A stretch of 64,000 bases of DNA from Pseudomonadales bacterium. GTDB taxonomy: Bacteria; Pseudomonadota; Gammaproteobacteria; Pseudomonadales; UBA7239. The translations under genes were made by a program, and so were the position numbers. Of this stretch, positions 33,529 to 44,482 are shown in pieces. How positions within the stretch are numbered: the stretch's first letter is position 1; each line of letters begins with the position of its first letter. The notes under the pieces were generated by a model. That model saw nothing but the letters and a program-made list of their open reading frames with translations. It did not search any database and had not been told where the DNA came from. The stretch lies in contig JANQLY010000023.1 in the NCBI GenBank assembly GCA_028280345.1, positions 196,201 through 260,200 on the forward strand. The letters are read 5' to 3'.

Positions 33529-34011
33529 TTAGTCTCTGAAATTTTGATATTGCAGTGGCATGTCAATGTCACTTTCTTTCAACAAGGCAATTACAGCTTG
33601 CAGGTCATCGCGTTTTTTTCCTGTTACGCGAACCTGATCCCCCTGAACCGAAGATTGTACCTTCATCTTCTGGTCCTTGATCATTTTCACAATCTTTTTC
33701 GCAAGCATCTGCTCAAGGCCCTCGCGCAGCGTCACTTTCTGCCGAGCCTGTTTTCCCGATTGTTCAGCCTCTCCCACTTCAAGGCATTTCACATCAATGC
33801 CGCACTTATGCAAGGCGCTACTTAACATATCGAGCATTTGCTGTAATTGAAAATCCGCCTCGGCAGTTATCGTAACAATATTGCCTTCGCGTTCAAATTT
33901 TGCGTCGACCCCCTTAAAGTCAAAACGGTTATCGACAATACGATTTGCCTGATCCACCGCATTCGCCACCTGGTGCATGTCCAGTTCCGACACCACATCA
34001 AATGAAGGCAT
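33529..34011 (-). CDS. yajQ: YajQ-family nucleotide (c-di-GMP)-binding protein
   Basis: 161 aa from MPSFDVVSELDMHQVANAVDQ, a typical YajQ/UPF0234 family N-terminus. The tracked 243-aa ORF over-extends upstream. Confidence 0.75.
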   Translation of the reverse strand: MPSFDVVSELDMHQVANAVDQANRIVDNRFDFKGVDAKFEREGNIVTITAEADFQLQQMLDMLSSALHKCGIDVKCLEVGEAEQSGKQARQKVTLREGLEQMLAKKIVKMIKDQKMKVQSSVQGDQVRVTGKKRDDLQAVIALLKESDIDMPLQYQNFRD

Positions 34012-34102
34012 GCTGCCCCTCCCCCTTTCATATTTGCGCCCAATCATAACACCTCCACAGCGTTTACTGGCATACTGAACGCACTTTTCAGGAGCAAAAA
34101 TC

Positions 34103-34999
34103 ATGCAATACCGGCGTCTTGGTAAAACCGAACTGCAAGTCTCCACGATTGGCCTGGGCACATGGCAATTTGGCGGCGCCTGGGGCAAGACTTTCACCCA
34201 GCCCGAAGTTGACAACCTGATACACGGCGGCGCCGAATACGGCATCAATTTTATCGACACGGCAGAATGTTACGGTCACCATGTATCCGAGGGTTTTATT
34301 GGCCAGGCACTACAAGGCCAACGGGACAAATGGATTATTGCCACCAAGTTTGGTCACAACTGGCACAACGGTCTGAGCCAGGATGAAAACTATCAGCCGG
34401 CGCAGGTACTGCTACAACTCGAGGAATCCCTGCGCGCCCTGAATACCGATTACATTGATATTTACCAATTGCATTCTGGCAAGCGCGAACACTTTGATAA
34501 CGACGAACTCTGGACTGTACTCGACAAGCAGGTGCAGGCAGGCAAGGTACGCTTTCTCGGCAATTCCATCGGCAACCCGAATATGCTGTTTCAGGTACAA
34601 AAGTCCCGGGACTTCGGTATCTCGGTTATCCAGACCGTTTATAACGCCGTCAAACGCAAGGCCGAAGAAACCGTCTTTCCTGTTAGTGAGCAGCAAGATC
34701 TCGGCGTTATCGCCAGAGTACCGTTGGCAAGTGGCTTTCTTACCGGCAAATACCAGCCCGGCCATATTTTTCCCGATAACGACGTGCGCTCGCAACGCCC
34801 GCAGGAAGGTCGCGACGAGGAAATTGCCACAGCACTGAAAGCACTCGAGGAAAAGCCGGCAGATATGGAAGCCTCTACCTGGGCCAACGCCTGGTGCCTG
34901 CAACAGTCGCGTGTTGCCACTGTGATCCCAGGCAGCAAGGATCTGCAACAACTTGCACTCAACGCTGCAGCGGGCACTATCAACCTGATCAGCCCTTAA
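34103..34999 (+). CDS. aldo/keto reductase
   Basis: AKR-family 298-aa protein (MQYRRLGKTELQVSTIGLGTWQFGG...). Confidence 0.8.
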   Translation: MQYRRLGKTELQVSTIGLGTWQFGGAWGKTFTQPEVDNLIHGGAEYGINFIDTAECYGHHVSEGFIGQALQGQRDKWIIATKFGHNWHNGLSQDENYQPAQVLLQLEESLRALNTDYIDIYQLHSGKREHFDNDELWTVLDKQVQAGKVRFLGNSIGNPNMLFQVQKSRDFGISVIQTVYNAVKRKAEETVFPVSEQQDLGVIARVPLASGFLTGKYQPGHIFPDNDVRSQRPQEGRDEEIATALKALEEKPADMEASTWANAWCLQQSRVATVIPGSKDLQQLALNAAAGTINLISP

Positions 35000-35080
35000 C
35001 TGTCCTGCACCTGCAACAGACACAAACCGTGTAAAATAGCTGCTTCTGTTTATTCAGGTACTTACACAAGGCAGCAAGGC

Positions 35081-35809
35081 ATGACACAACGGGATACGAT
35101 TTACCAAACCCCGATTGATCGCATTGGCGACTTTGCATTCGACGACAATGTCGCTGATGTTTTCCCTGATATGATCGAACGCTCAGTGCCCGGTTACAGC
35201 ACCATTATCGCTATGACCGGCGTGCTTGCGGGTCGCTACAGTCAGAATCACAGCCATTGCTATGATCTCGGTAGTTCGCTTGGAGCCTCGACATTCTCCA
35301 TGGCACAACAAATCGAGCATAATGATTGCACAATTATTGCGATTGATAACTCTGCTGCCATGGTAGAGCGCTGCACCGATCTTTTAACCCAGCAAACGTT
35401 TACACCGGACATTGAGCTGCGCTGTGAAAATATCGAAGACACCACCATAGAAAATGCCTCTGTGGCAGTGATGAATTTTTCCTTGCAATTTATTCCGGTT
35501 GCACAGCGCCAGGCGATCATCAACACTATTTATAACAATCTGAACCCCGGCGGCATTCTGGTGTTATCAGAGAAAATTGCGTTTGATGATCCGCACCTGC
35601 AACAACTTAACACCGAACTGCATCATGAATTTAAAAAAGGCAATGGTTACAGCGAGCTGGAAATCAGCCAGAAACGTACTGCGCTGGAGAATGTACTGAT
35701 TGCTGAAACTCTGCCCACCCACGCAGAGCGTCTCAGAGCGGCGGGGTTCAGTAGTTACGATGTCTGGTTCCAATGTTTTAACTTTATGTCACTGGTTGCG
35801 ATCAAATAA
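35081..35809 (+). CDS. cmoA: carboxy-S-adenosyl-L-methionine synthase
   Basis: SAM-MTase fold. Immediately followed by cmoB (conserved pair). 242 aa. Confidence 0.85.
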   Translation: MTQRDTIYQTPIDRIGDFAFDDNVADVFPDMIERSVPGYSTIIAMTGVLAGRYSQNHSHCYDLGSSLGASTFSMAQQIEHNDCTIIAIDNSAAMVERCTDLLTQQTFTPDIELRCENIEDTTIENASVAVMNFSLQFIPVAQRQAIINTIYNNLNPGGILVLSEKIAFDDPHLQQLNTELHHEFKKGNGYSELEISQKRTALENVLIAETLPTHAERLRAAGFSSYDVWFQCFNFMSLVAIK

Positions 35810-35811
35810 CC

Positions 35812-36789
35812 ATGTCCACCATTGATTTCAGTGCACTCTATGCACAGCTTGCCGACACAGAACTGGCACCGTGGCTGGAAACACTACCCGATACCATTAA
35901 AAACAATTTTAATGCGCAACGCTGGGGTGACCTGCCACGCTGGCTTGAAGCACTTGAACAACTGCCAACTGTTACACCCTCTCGTATTGATTTAAACCGC
36001 AACGCAGTACAGGTCGGCAGCAGCGACGACTGCGATAACACAACCCGGGAACAATTGGCGGATACACTGCGTCGCTTTCACCCCTGGCGCAAGGGACCAT
36101 TTAATCTGTTCGGCACCATTATCGACACAGAATGGCGCTCGGACTGGAAATGGGACCGACTCTGTAATGCAATTGAACCACTGACAGGCAAAACGGTGCT
36201 TGATGTTGGCTGCGGCAGCGGTTACCACTGCTGGCGGATGCGTGGCGCTGGCGCTGAACTCGTCATTGGTATCGAACCAACACCTTTGTTTGTGGTGCAA
36301 TTCCAAGTATTGCAAAAGTATATTAATGACACCCATGTGCATGTTATTCCCGCACGCATGGAAGAAGTACCTAACAAACTTGCAGCCTTCGACAGCACGT
36401 TTTCCATGGGCATCCTCTATCACCGCCGCTCACCGATGGATCACTTGCTGGAGCTGAAAGACACATTAAAACCTGGCGGTCAGTTGATTCTCGAAACTCT
36501 GGTAATAGAGGGCAACGAAGGCGATACTCTGGTTCCCAAAGGGCGCTATGGAAAAATGGGCAATGTCTGGTTTATTCCTGCACCTGACACGCTGAAACTC
36601 TGGCTGGAAAAAACCGGCTTCCGCGATATTCAATGTGTTGACGTATCCCCCACTACCACTGACGAACAGCGCAGTACTGAATGGATGACCTTTCAGTCTC
36701 TCAAGGACTTTCTTGACCCACAAAATAACAGTAAAACCGTTGAGGGTTATCCTGCCCCACAAAGAGCCATCTTTATTGCATTTAAATAA
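35812..36789 (+). CDS. cmoB: tRNA U34 carboxymethyltransferase
   Basis: Class I SAM-MTase motif LDVGCGSGYH. 325 aa. Confidence 0.85.
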   Translation: MSTIDFSALYAQLADTELAPWLETLPDTIKNNFNAQRWGDLPRWLEALEQLPTVTPSRIDLNRNAVQVGSSDDCDNTTREQLADTLRRFHPWRKGPFNLFGTIIDTEWRSDWKWDRLCNAIEPLTGKTVLDVGCGSGYHCWRMRGAGAELVIGIEPTPLFVVQFQVLQKYINDTHVHVIPARMEEVPNKLAAFDSTFSMGILYHRRSPMDHLLELKDTLKPGGQLILETLVIEGNEGDTLVPKGRYGKMGNVWFIPAPDTLKLWLEKTGFRDIQCVDVSPTTTDEQRSTEWMTFQSLKDFLDPQNNSKTVEGYPAPQRAIFIAFK

Positions 36790-36933
36790 GTGCACTTAAG
36801 TAGTTGACCCTATTGATCACCACACTGCTGGACAACAGAATAACAGGCAAGCTATGAAGCCTGAATTTACAGGAAGTACACCTCTGAATTTTGCAGTAGA
36901 GGTCTTGCTATTAAACATTTTGCCGCCCATGCT

Positions 36934-38208
36934 GTGTTTCCCGGCACAGCACTATTGGTCGCGTTATATTCTTTATACGTTGCCTACACCTATTCCAGCC
37001 ACGCGATGATCGGCTGGGACGAAGCCCGTTATATCATTGCAAGCTCGCTTACTATATTGCAATCCGAAAGCTGGTCCGAAGTCGCCCTGGGGCTCACAAC
37101 CGCCCATGGCACACTTGTACACTTCGGCATGCAGTTGGTAAACATGCTCTCCTACTTTACTGTTAACACTGTCAGCTTTAAATTTATCAATATGTTTGGC
37201 ATTGCTTCACTATGTGGCGCCTGCTTACTCATCCTCTACTCACTCAACCTACCGCTTGCCAAGAAGCTGATTCTGGCTGCCATTATGTTTCCTTTGGTGC
37301 TCACCCCTGTACACAACATGTGTGCAGTCAACTCCTCATGCACCAGCCTGCATTATCTCGGTCTATCCCTGAGTATTTTCTCTCTGTATTGCTTCAGTCG
37401 TAACAACAAGTGCAATTACTGGTTTTTATCAGGTAGTGCTTTAATGGCAACAGCCGTGCTCACCCTAACCGCAACCTTGCCACTATTTTTTATTGCTCTG
37501 TATTTTATTTGGCAAAGTCCACAGCGCAAACTCCAGCTCACCGTCCACTGCATCATATTATTACTAACGCTGGTTATTTATTTCAGCCGCACGTGGCCAC
37601 TTCCAGAGACACGCCTTTCTATAGAAAACACTGAGGACTTTTTTCGCTTTCTTATACCGTTGATGCTGATGTTTTTTCGCACACTCGCTTCAAACTTTTT
37701 CTCATACTATGGTATCAATTTCGCCCTAACCTCACTGCTTGGCTTGCTCCTGTTCAGCTATACGCTATATTTCCTGATAAGCAATCGAAAGTTATTACAC
37801 AAACTTAACAATCCCTTTCTATTAAGCTGCCTATTACTTGCTCTAAGTATCATCGCCGCCATCAGCTATGGGCGCCTGCACAGTCCCGGCAGCTCACGCT
37901 ATGCCGCACATGCCGGCATGTTCCTTTCTCTTCTTGTCACAATTATTTTTTGCTTGCGTGAGACCCGACCTGCCAACCCGGTCAGCTTGAAGCCCTATCG
38001 TCTTGCCTCACATATTTCCATGATCTACTTCTTTGGTGCGCTTTATATCCATACTCCACCATTAAAAGGGCTCGGCGCAGAGAACAGGTTTTGTGAAGCA
38101 AGCTGGGAAGAACGCGGCATACTCTGCGGCAAAATGATGAAGCACAAGGACGCAACCAGGCTTGCTATCGAAGCAGAAAAGGCCGGCATCTACCACGTTA
38201 CCCGCTAG
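36934..38208 (+). CDS. polytopic integral membrane protein (hypothetical; glycosyltransferase/polymerase-like topology)
   Basis: 424 aa with ~12 TM helices. AT-richer codon usage than neighbours. No confident family. 3' end overlaps the PaaI gene by 11 bp. Confidence 0.4.
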   Translation: MFPGTALLVALYSLYVAYTYSSHAMIGWDEARYIIASSLTILQSESWSEVALGLTTAHGTLVHFGMQLVNMLSYFTVNTVSFKFINMFGIASLCGACLLILYSLNLPLAKKLILAAIMFPLVLTPVHNMCAVNSSCTSLHYLGLSLSIFSLYCFSRNNKCNYWFLSGSALMATAVLTLTATLPLFFIALYFIWQSPQRKLQLTVHCIILLLTLVIYFSRTWPLPETRLSIENTEDFFRFLIPLMLMFFRTLASNFFSYYGINFALTSLLGLLLFSYTLYFLISNRKLLHKLNNPFLLSCLLLALSIIAAISYGRLHSPGSSRYAAHAGMFLSLLVTIIFCLRETRPANPVSLKPYRLASHISMIYFFGALYIHTPPLKGLGAENRFCEASWEERGILCGKMMKHKDATRLAIEAEKAGIYHVTR

Positions 38209-38674
38209 ACATACGCCACTGATAATAGTCTTCGGCCGCCATACCTGGCAATGCATCAATATCATTAGGCAACTTAAAGCAACCGCTCACTCTTGCAACA
38301 TGACCCTGCGGCCCCTCAATCATCGCATTAACAAAACCCAGAGTACGGGTGAGATTCACAGAAAGAATATCAACATAAATCCAGTCACCCTGCTGTGCAG
38401 CTGCCATAAAATCAAAGCTGATACTCACAGTAGGTGTACTGGTGTATTTTCCGAGGACATGGCATACCGCACCTGACAGCACAATATCCGTCAATGTCAT
38501 CATCGCTCCGCCGTGGGTAATACCAATATAGTTGCAATGCTTTTTCCCAACCACCATACCAATAACAGGTCCTTTTTCTTCATCCAATTTGAAATACAAT
38601 GGCGCCACCACATCATTAAAGGTGTCATCGGTACGAAACGGTTTAAAACCTTCAGGCACTATTGATTCAGTCAT
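38198..38674 (-). CDS. PaaI-family hotdog thioesterase
   Basis: HGGAMMTLTD motif typical of the PaaI/YigI/4HBT-II family. 158 aa. Confidence 0.7.
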   Translation of the reverse strand: MTESIVPEGFKPFRTDDTFNDVVAPLYFKLDEEKGPVIGMVVGKKHCNYIGITHGGAMMTLTDIVLSGAVCHVLGKYTSTPTVSISFDFMAAAQQGDWIYVDILSVNLTRTLGFVNAMIEGPQGHVARVSGCFKLPNDIDALPGMAAEDYYQWRMSSG

Positions 38675-38698
38675 ATTTTCTCTCTTTTTATGCTATCA

Positions 38699-39601
38699 CT
38701 ACGCATCAGGAGCCAGCATTTCCAACAACTCCATATTCGGCCCCATCTCACCATCACTTTGGTAAGTCTGAATACAAACATGATTCGCACCTGCATCCCA
38801 TTGTTGTTTCAAACGCCCCTTGATTGCATCAAGATCACCCCAGGCAAAAATTGCATCAACAAGACGATCACTGCCATTATTTTCAAAATCTTCATCGTCA
38901 AAGCCAAACTGACGCAGATTATTACGATAGTTTTCGAGACCCACGTAAGTCTCCATCTGCTTGCGTGCAATGGTACGCGCTTTATCCGCATCGGTTTCCA
39001 GCAAAACCATTTGCTCCGGGCACAACAGCGCTTCGCTACCAAGCACTTCCCGCGCCTGCCGGGTGTGTTCTACCGGCGCAAAATACGGATGTGCACCATT
39101 GGCCAGTTCAGCACTGAGTGCGAGCATCTTCGGGCGCAACGCGCCAAGTAATACCGGAGCCGGTTGCTCAGGAGCAGCCCCAAGGTACAGTGACTGCTGC
39201 ATACCTTCAAGATAGTGACGCATGGTAGTTACCGGCTTCTTATAATCGTGACCGCGCATATCACTGACGAGTGGCGCATGGGAAACACCAAGGCCCAACA
39301 CAAAACGCCCCGGCGCAAGCTCTGCCACCGTATTGCGGATCGCATTCATCGCCATTGCATCGCGGGCATAGATATTGGCAATACCGGTCGCAAACACGAG
39401 CTTTTCTGTATGTGCCGCAAGGAAGCTGATAATCGAAAATGGATCGCGCCCCACCGCCTCCGGTACCCACAAAGTACCGTAACCCCAACTTTCCAACTGA
39501 CGGACAAATTGCACCGCTTCACGGCTCGACATCGTATCAATAAACGACCAGACACCCAGCTTGCCCAAATCCGTTCCCGATTGCGCAGTCTCTACTGTCA
39601 T
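38699..39601 (-). CDS. luciferase-like (LLM-class) flavin/F420-type oxidoreductase
   Basis: LLM family (GKLGVWSFIDT...GTLWVPEAVGRDPFS). Start set at MTVETAQ. Confidence 0.7.
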   Translation of the reverse strand: MTVETAQSGTDLGKLGVWSFIDTMSSREAVQFVRQLESWGYGTLWVPEAVGRDPFSIISFLAAHTEKLVFATGIANIYARDAMAMNAIRNTVAELAPGRFVLGLGVSHAPLVSDMRGHDYKKPVTTMRHYLEGMQQSLYLGAAPEQPAPVLLGALRPKMLALSAELANGAHPYFAPVEHTRQAREVLGSEALLCPEQMVLLETDADKARTIARKQMETYVGLENYRNNLRQFGFDDEDFENNGSDRLVDAIFAWGDLDAIKGRLKQQWDAGANHVCIQTYQSDGEMGPNMELLEMLAPDA

Positions 39602-39697
39602 CACACACTCCTGCAATAGTTTCGAGTGATCATTCTACTGAGAGGCAACAAACTGTTTAGCCCGTATTAACCGCTGATCACTAGTTGCTCCTTAATT

Positions 39698-40159
39698 TTA
39701 TGGTTTCGGTCGCCCTCGCACACTCGCATCCATCGGGTCATTGATTAACCAGGCTTCAATCGTTCGTATCACTTCCTGCTGCGGCAGTTTCTCCTTTCCC
39801 TTGAGCGCACACTCCCAGATCACAAGGATTTTCCAACCCAACTTCTGCAACTGTTCCTGAGTGGCTTTATCCCGCTCCACATTGCCGAGGATTTTTTTGC
39901 GCCAGAACTCACTGCGTGTAGATGGCCACTTAAACAAATGACAGTCATGGCGATGCCAGAAACAGCCCTGTACCTGAATCACCGCCCGATAGCGCGGAAA
40001 CACCAGATCCGGCTTGCCCGGCAAGGTTTTATCGTGCAGGCGAAAGCGAAAACCGCGGCGATGTAGCGCCTTGCGTATCCACACCTCGGGGCGGGTGTCC
40101 TTGCCGCGAATACCGGACATCATGCGCGAACGTTTTTCTGAATCAACAATATCAACCAT
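39698..40159 (-). CDS. vsr: very-short-patch-repair endonuclease
   Basis: Aligns end to end with E. coli Vsr (RSRMMSGIRGKDTRPE...GCFWHRHDCHLF...NVERD...VIWECAL). Confidence 0.85.
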   Translation of the reverse strand: MVDIVDSEKRSRMMSGIRGKDTRPEVWIRKALHRRGFRFRLHDKTLPGKPDLVFPRYRAVIQVQGCFWHRHDCHLFKWPSTRSEFWRKKILGNVERDKATQEQLQKLGWKILVIWECALKGKEKLPQQEVIRTIEAWLINDPMDASVRGRPKP

Positions 40160-40265
40160 TTCCCACCAACGCGGTAACAACTGTATATTCATACAGAATT
40201 AAATTGACGAAAAGGGACAAATCGGGTAATTTACCACCCAAATTTCCCTTCGACCAGGAATCCGT

Positions 40266-41696
40266 ATGGATCAGCAGGCACTGACACTCATTGACCAGGA
40301 GACTCTCGACCTCTTCGAGCTATTTGACTGGTGGCAACCCGCACGCCTGGCCGAACAAACCACTCTGAGTCCCGACCGTGCCAAATACCTGACCCGCCTG
40401 CGCAAGGAGTTTAACAAGCTCGCTACCGGGAAAGGCAATTTTCTCACGGAAACCCAGGTAGATATTGCCACCACGTTTTACAAAGGGCTGCGGGCACAGG
40501 AATATAAAGAGCTGCGCAAGCTGTTACCAGGCAAAATTGGCGGGCAGCGTTTTCGCTACGTCGATCTATTCGCCGGTATCGGAGGCATCGGCAAGCCCTT
40601 TGCCGATATCGGTGGCCAGTGTGTCCTGACTTGCGAGTGGGACGAATACGCCCGAAAGACCTATCGGGCCAACTGGGCGCTCGGTCCCCACCATCGCTTT
40701 GTTTCCGATATTAAGTCTATTTCGCAACCGCTTGATAAAAGAGGCAACAAACTCAAAGCCACTTGCCAGGCCAATTACATTCGCAAGCATATGCCCGATC
40801 ACGATGTGCTACTCGCCGGCTTTCCCTGCCAACCATTTTCTATCGCCGGTGTTTCGAAAAAAAATGCTTTGAATCGCGCCCACGGTTTTGATTGTGAGGA
40901 TCAGGGGCAGCTGTTCTTTGATATCTGTCGCATTCTCAGTGTTAAACAACCACCCATTGCGGTACTGGAAAATGTTAAAAACCTGAAAAGCCATAACAAA
41001 GGCACTACTTTTCAAGTTATCCAGGAAATGCTCACCCACTTACCCGAACACCAGAAAACCCTGTTTGGCAGCAAAATTAACAAGGGTGCGCAGGCCTACT
41101 GGATTGCCAATCTCGATGAAGACAAACCAGACCCTAAAGTCATTGATGGGCAGCATTTTCTGCCACAACACAGGGAACGTATCGTGCTGGTCTGTATTCG
41201 CCAGGATATTGTGGAACAGCTCAATTTGGCAACAGCGATCGATCTGAGAAAACTTCAGACACCGGAAAAGCCGTTAACCCTCAAAGACGTCCTCGACCCC
41301 AATAAAAGCGTCAACGAGAAATATACACTGACACCTAAGCTCTGGAAGTATCTTGAAGACTATGCAAAAAAACACAAAGCCAAAGGCAACGGTTTTGGCT
41401 ACGGCATGGTAAGACATAGCAGCAAGGATGTTGCACGCACACTATCAGCACGTTACTACAAGGATGGTTCGGAAATACTTATCAATCAGGACAATATTAA
41501 AAAACGGCCGCGTCGCCTCACCCCGGAAGAATGTGCTCGCCTGATGGGGTTTGTACGCAAGGGAGAAACTTTTCATATCCCTGTTTCCGACACTCGTGCC
41601 TATAAACAGTTTGGCAACTCGGTGGTTGTTCCGGTTTTTGCTGCCGTAGCCAACCTGCTGGAGCCCCATATTGATAACATCAGAAAAAATTACTGA
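40266..41696 (+). CDS. dcm: DNA (cytosine-5)-methyltransferase, M.EcoRII/Dcm-like (predicted CCWGG)
   Basis: C5-MTase motifs I (DLFAGIGG), IV (GFPCQPFS), VI (ENV) and X ([10 protein letters not shown]). ~95-aa N-terminal extension as in M.EcoRII. Confidence 0.9.
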   Translation: MDQQALTLIDQETLDLFELFDWWQPARLAEQTTLSPDRAKYLTRLRKEFNKLATGKGNFLTETQVDIATTFYKGLRAQEYKELRKLLPGKIGGQRFRYVDLFAGIGGIGKPFADIGGQCVLTCEWDEYARKTYRANWALGPHHRFVSDIKSISQPLDKRGNKLKATCQANYIRKHMPDHDVLLAGFPCQPFSIAGVSKKNALNRAHGFDCEDQGQLFFDICRILSVKQPPIAVLENVKNLKSHNKGTTFQVIQEMLTHLPEHQKTLFGSKINKGAQAYWIANLDEDKPDPKVIDGQHFLPQHRERIVLVCIRQDIVEQLNLATAIDLRKLQTPEKPLTLKDVLDPNKSVNEKYTLTPKLWKYLEDYAKKHKAKGNGFGYGMVRHSSKDVARTLSARYYKDGSEILINQDNIKKRPRRLTPEECARLMGFVRKGETFHIPVSDTRAYKQFGNSVVVPVFAAVANLLEPHIDNIRKNY

Positions 41697-42967
41697 TACA
41701 ACATTTTTATTTCCTGAATAAAGTCGGCGAGCGACAGTAGCTGTTTGCGTACAGCTTCAGGATATTTGCCATGCAAAGGCTCTGGTGCTACCAGCCGTAC
41801 AGACTCCCCCGCCATCTCATTAAACTGGTTTTCTGACACACCTTCCTGCAAGGTAAACAGATAAGGTGATTTAATCCGGTCCGCTTCATTAATAATCTGC
41901 CGCCAGCGATCCTTACAGGTTGTTTTCACCGCAAGCATTGCCAGCTTTTCCATCGGATAAGACTTATCCTGATACTCTGCACACCCTGGAAAAATAAAAT
42001 CAGGACGTTTATTCACTTCAGTTATACATTGTGCGCTGTACACATTACCAAGTCCTTCTTCCACAAAAATTTTTTCCAGATGGTACTCTAGCGACCTACC
42101 CGAGCGAGCCTTGCGACGGTTACTGATAGAGTTGGCGGTCTGAATAAATTCTTCTACCGAAGCAAAACCGGCTTCGATAGTTTCCTGAACATGGGCCTTT
42201 TCAACTTCAAGGAAAATGGCATATTCCATCTCACGACGTTTTAACAAACGCTTGTCGGCGCCGAGATCGGAAAAAGAAAAACGCTCAATCACATAATCAA
42301 TAAGCTCACCACCGGATGGGAACATCGACAACCAGGCCTCGGGAATATCAATATCAACAGGGTAAGCACCTGGCAAACTGACCACACCATCAAACAGCAG
42401 GTGTGCCGGTTGGCATACTGACTCGCCAGGAAGAATAGAACCCAGTTTGGTTTCAATAAAGCTCTCTTCTGCTTCAGAATCACAAACCCACACCGAAAGG
42501 CTCACAACATCACCCCCTTCTGCAGGTAGCAAAAAAGCAAACAATGCAAGCGCTCCGGTCATTTCCGGATCCTGCAACGGTGTGTAATTAACCCCCTGCT
42601 TCCAGCGCGTTATGCGTTGCTCGTCCCGACTCCCTGAAAAAGCCTTGTCATTGTAATAAACAAACCGTACTTCTTTTGTCGGCACATCATGGGAAGGTAC
42701 CTCGGCACGCAATAACTGATCCGGGTTTTGTTCATCCGTTCTAATAATTGAGGGGCATACCTGGCGGGTAACAGACTCCGGAATATAGATGCCCGACTGA
42801 TGACCACCGGTAAGGCCAGTATCGTTACTTGATAGACGCTTGATATACACAAGGTCATTGCGTTGCACGATCTGACTCAGCCATTGCTCCTGACTGATCG
42901 AACTATTCCATAACTCAGGTTGCTTCATTATGTAATAAAACCACCCTTCTGTTTTTGCATCTTGCAC
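41690..42967 (-). CDS. Type II restriction endonuclease, R.EcoRII family
   Basis: Strong similarity to EcoRII throughout ([24 protein letters not shown]; [21 protein letters not shown]; FTLQEGVS; KYPEAVR). Convergent with the MTase gene, overlapping it by 7 bp. Confidence 0.8.
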   Translation of the reverse strand: MQDAKTEGWFYYIMKQPELWNSSISQEQWLSQIVQRNDLVYIKRLSSNDTGLTGGHQSGIYIPESVTRQVCPSIIRTDEQNPDQLLRAEVPSHDVPTKEVRFVYYNDKAFSGSRDEQRITRWKQGVNYTPLQDPEMTGALALFAFLLPAEGGDVVSLSVWVCDSEAEESFIETKLGSILPGESVCQPAHLLFDGVVSLPGAYPVDIDIPEAWLSMFPSGGELIDYVIERFSFSDLGADKRLLKRREMEYAIFLEVEKAHVQETIEAGFASVEEFIQTANSISNRRKARSGRSLEYHLEKIFVEEGLGNVYSAQCITEVNKRPDFIFPGCAEYQDKSYPMEKLAMLAVKTTCKDRWRQIINEADRIKSPYLFTLQEGVSENQFNEMAGESVRLVAPEPLHGKYPEAVRKQLLSLADFIQEIKMLYQ

Positions 42968-43339
42968 AACCTCCCAGTGATATGTGGCATAACAGGCAGC
43001 ATTTTATGTCAGGCAAAAAGTTTTAGCTGGCAAAATACTACAAAATCATAGACTTAAAGCCACTTTCTCATACTATTCCGGAAAAGATTCGTTCTGTTAT
43101 TCGCAATTACTAGCGTATTCCTGCCAATACAGTGACATATTCATCCATTCTGACAATTCCTATTATGTAGTATTTTTACTTTTGGGGTTTTGGAGCCATA
43201 AATTTTTATACTTTTCCAGATAGTTTGTAACAAAAACTTTGTGTATGCTGCGCAGCGCAAAATGTCACCTGGCCTCACAAGGGAAAGGTGGCAACGATGG
43301 CTAGTACCACTAACCAATATCTACATATGAGGACACCAA

Positions 43340-44482
43340 ATGATCATTGGCATACCCAAAGAAACTGCTGCCGGTGAGACTCGGATACCCTTTATCCCGG
43401 ACTCAGTCAAACGGCTTACCGATCAGGGAGCAGACGTTCATATTGAAACAGGCCTTGGGGATTCTCTCGGAATAAAAGACAGCGACTACGAAGCAGTCGG
43501 CGCAAAAGTCAGTAATGACCGCGCAGCTCTGCTCAGCAGTGCTGATCTGGTATTACGCTTGCGTAAACCGGCACTTGAGGAAGTTTCCCAACTCAAAAAA
43601 GGCGCGATTCACGTTTCATTTCTCAATCCGTTCACTGATAACGACCTTGTTGATGCGTTTGCCGCTAACAACATTACCGCGATCAGTATGGAAATGATTC
43701 CGCGCACCACGCGCGCCCAGAAAATGGATGCACTGAGTTCCCAGGCATCACTTGCAGGTTATGCGATGGTCATTCTCGGTGCTGAGCGCATGAACAAGAT
43801 CCTGCCAATGATGATGACACCCGCCGGTACGATTTCTCCGGCTCGTGTGTTTGTACTCGGTGCCGGTGTGGCCGGACTGCAGGCAATTGCAACAGCGAAG
43901 CGTCTCGGCGCTCGTGTTGATGCCTTTGATGTACGCCCGGACACCAAAGAGCAAATTGAATCTCTCGGTGGCAAATACCTTGAGATTGATCTCGGCGAAA
44001 CCGGGGAAACTTCCGGTGGTTATGCCAAAGAGCTGACCGAGGAACAGAAAAAACTGCAAATCGAAGGCCAGAAAAAAGCCATTGCTCAATCTGACCTTGT
44101 GATTACTACGGCCCAGGCCATGGGTGGTTTGCGACCGGCCCCGCGCCTGGTTACCAAAGACATGGTAGAAGGCATGCAACCCGGCTCGGTGATTATCGAT
44201 CTTGCAATTGAATCCGGCGGCAACGTGGAAGGCGCTGTCCCCGGTGAAGAAATCGAGGTTAACGGCGTAAAAGTTGTCGGCCTTGAGAATATGCCAGGCC
44301 GTGTTGCGATGAATGCTACACAAATGTACTCGTCCAACATGCACAACCTGATTCTCGAATACTGGGACAAAGAAGAGAAAATTTTCAAGCTTGACCTTGA
44401 AGATGACATTCTCGGCGGCTGTGTGATTACCCACAGCGGCGAGATCATTAATGAAATGACATTAAAAGAGAGGAGCAAATAA
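43340..44482 (+). CDS. pntAA: NAD(P) transhydrogenase subunit alpha, part 1
   Basis: NAD-binding GAGVAGL motif. 380 aa. Confidence 0.85.
   Translation: MIIGIPKETAAGETRIPFIPDSVKRLTDQGADVHIETGLGDSLGIKDSDYEAVGAKVSNDRAALLSSADLVLRLRKPALEEVSQLKKGAIHVSFLNPFTDNDLVDAFAANNITAISMEMIPRTTRAQKMDALSSQASLAGYAMVILGAERMNKILPMMMTPAGTISPARVFVLGAGVAGLQAIATAKRLGARVDAFDVRPDTKEQIESLGGKYLEIDLGETGETSGGYAKELTEEQKKLQIEGQKKAIAQSDLVITTAQAMGGLRPAPRLVTKDMVEGMQPGSVIIDLAIESGGNVEGAVPGEEIEVNGVKVVGLENMPGRVAMNATQMYSSNMHNLILEYWDKEEKIFKLDLEDDILGGCVITHSGEIINEMTLKERSK

Noticed and set aside
39698-42967. Novel defence system hypothesis for the vsr/MTase/ENase block
   Set aside because: All three proteins match well-characterised families (Vsr, M.EcoRII/Dcm, R.EcoRII). 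It is a known RM type and was kept only as an island-insertion finding.
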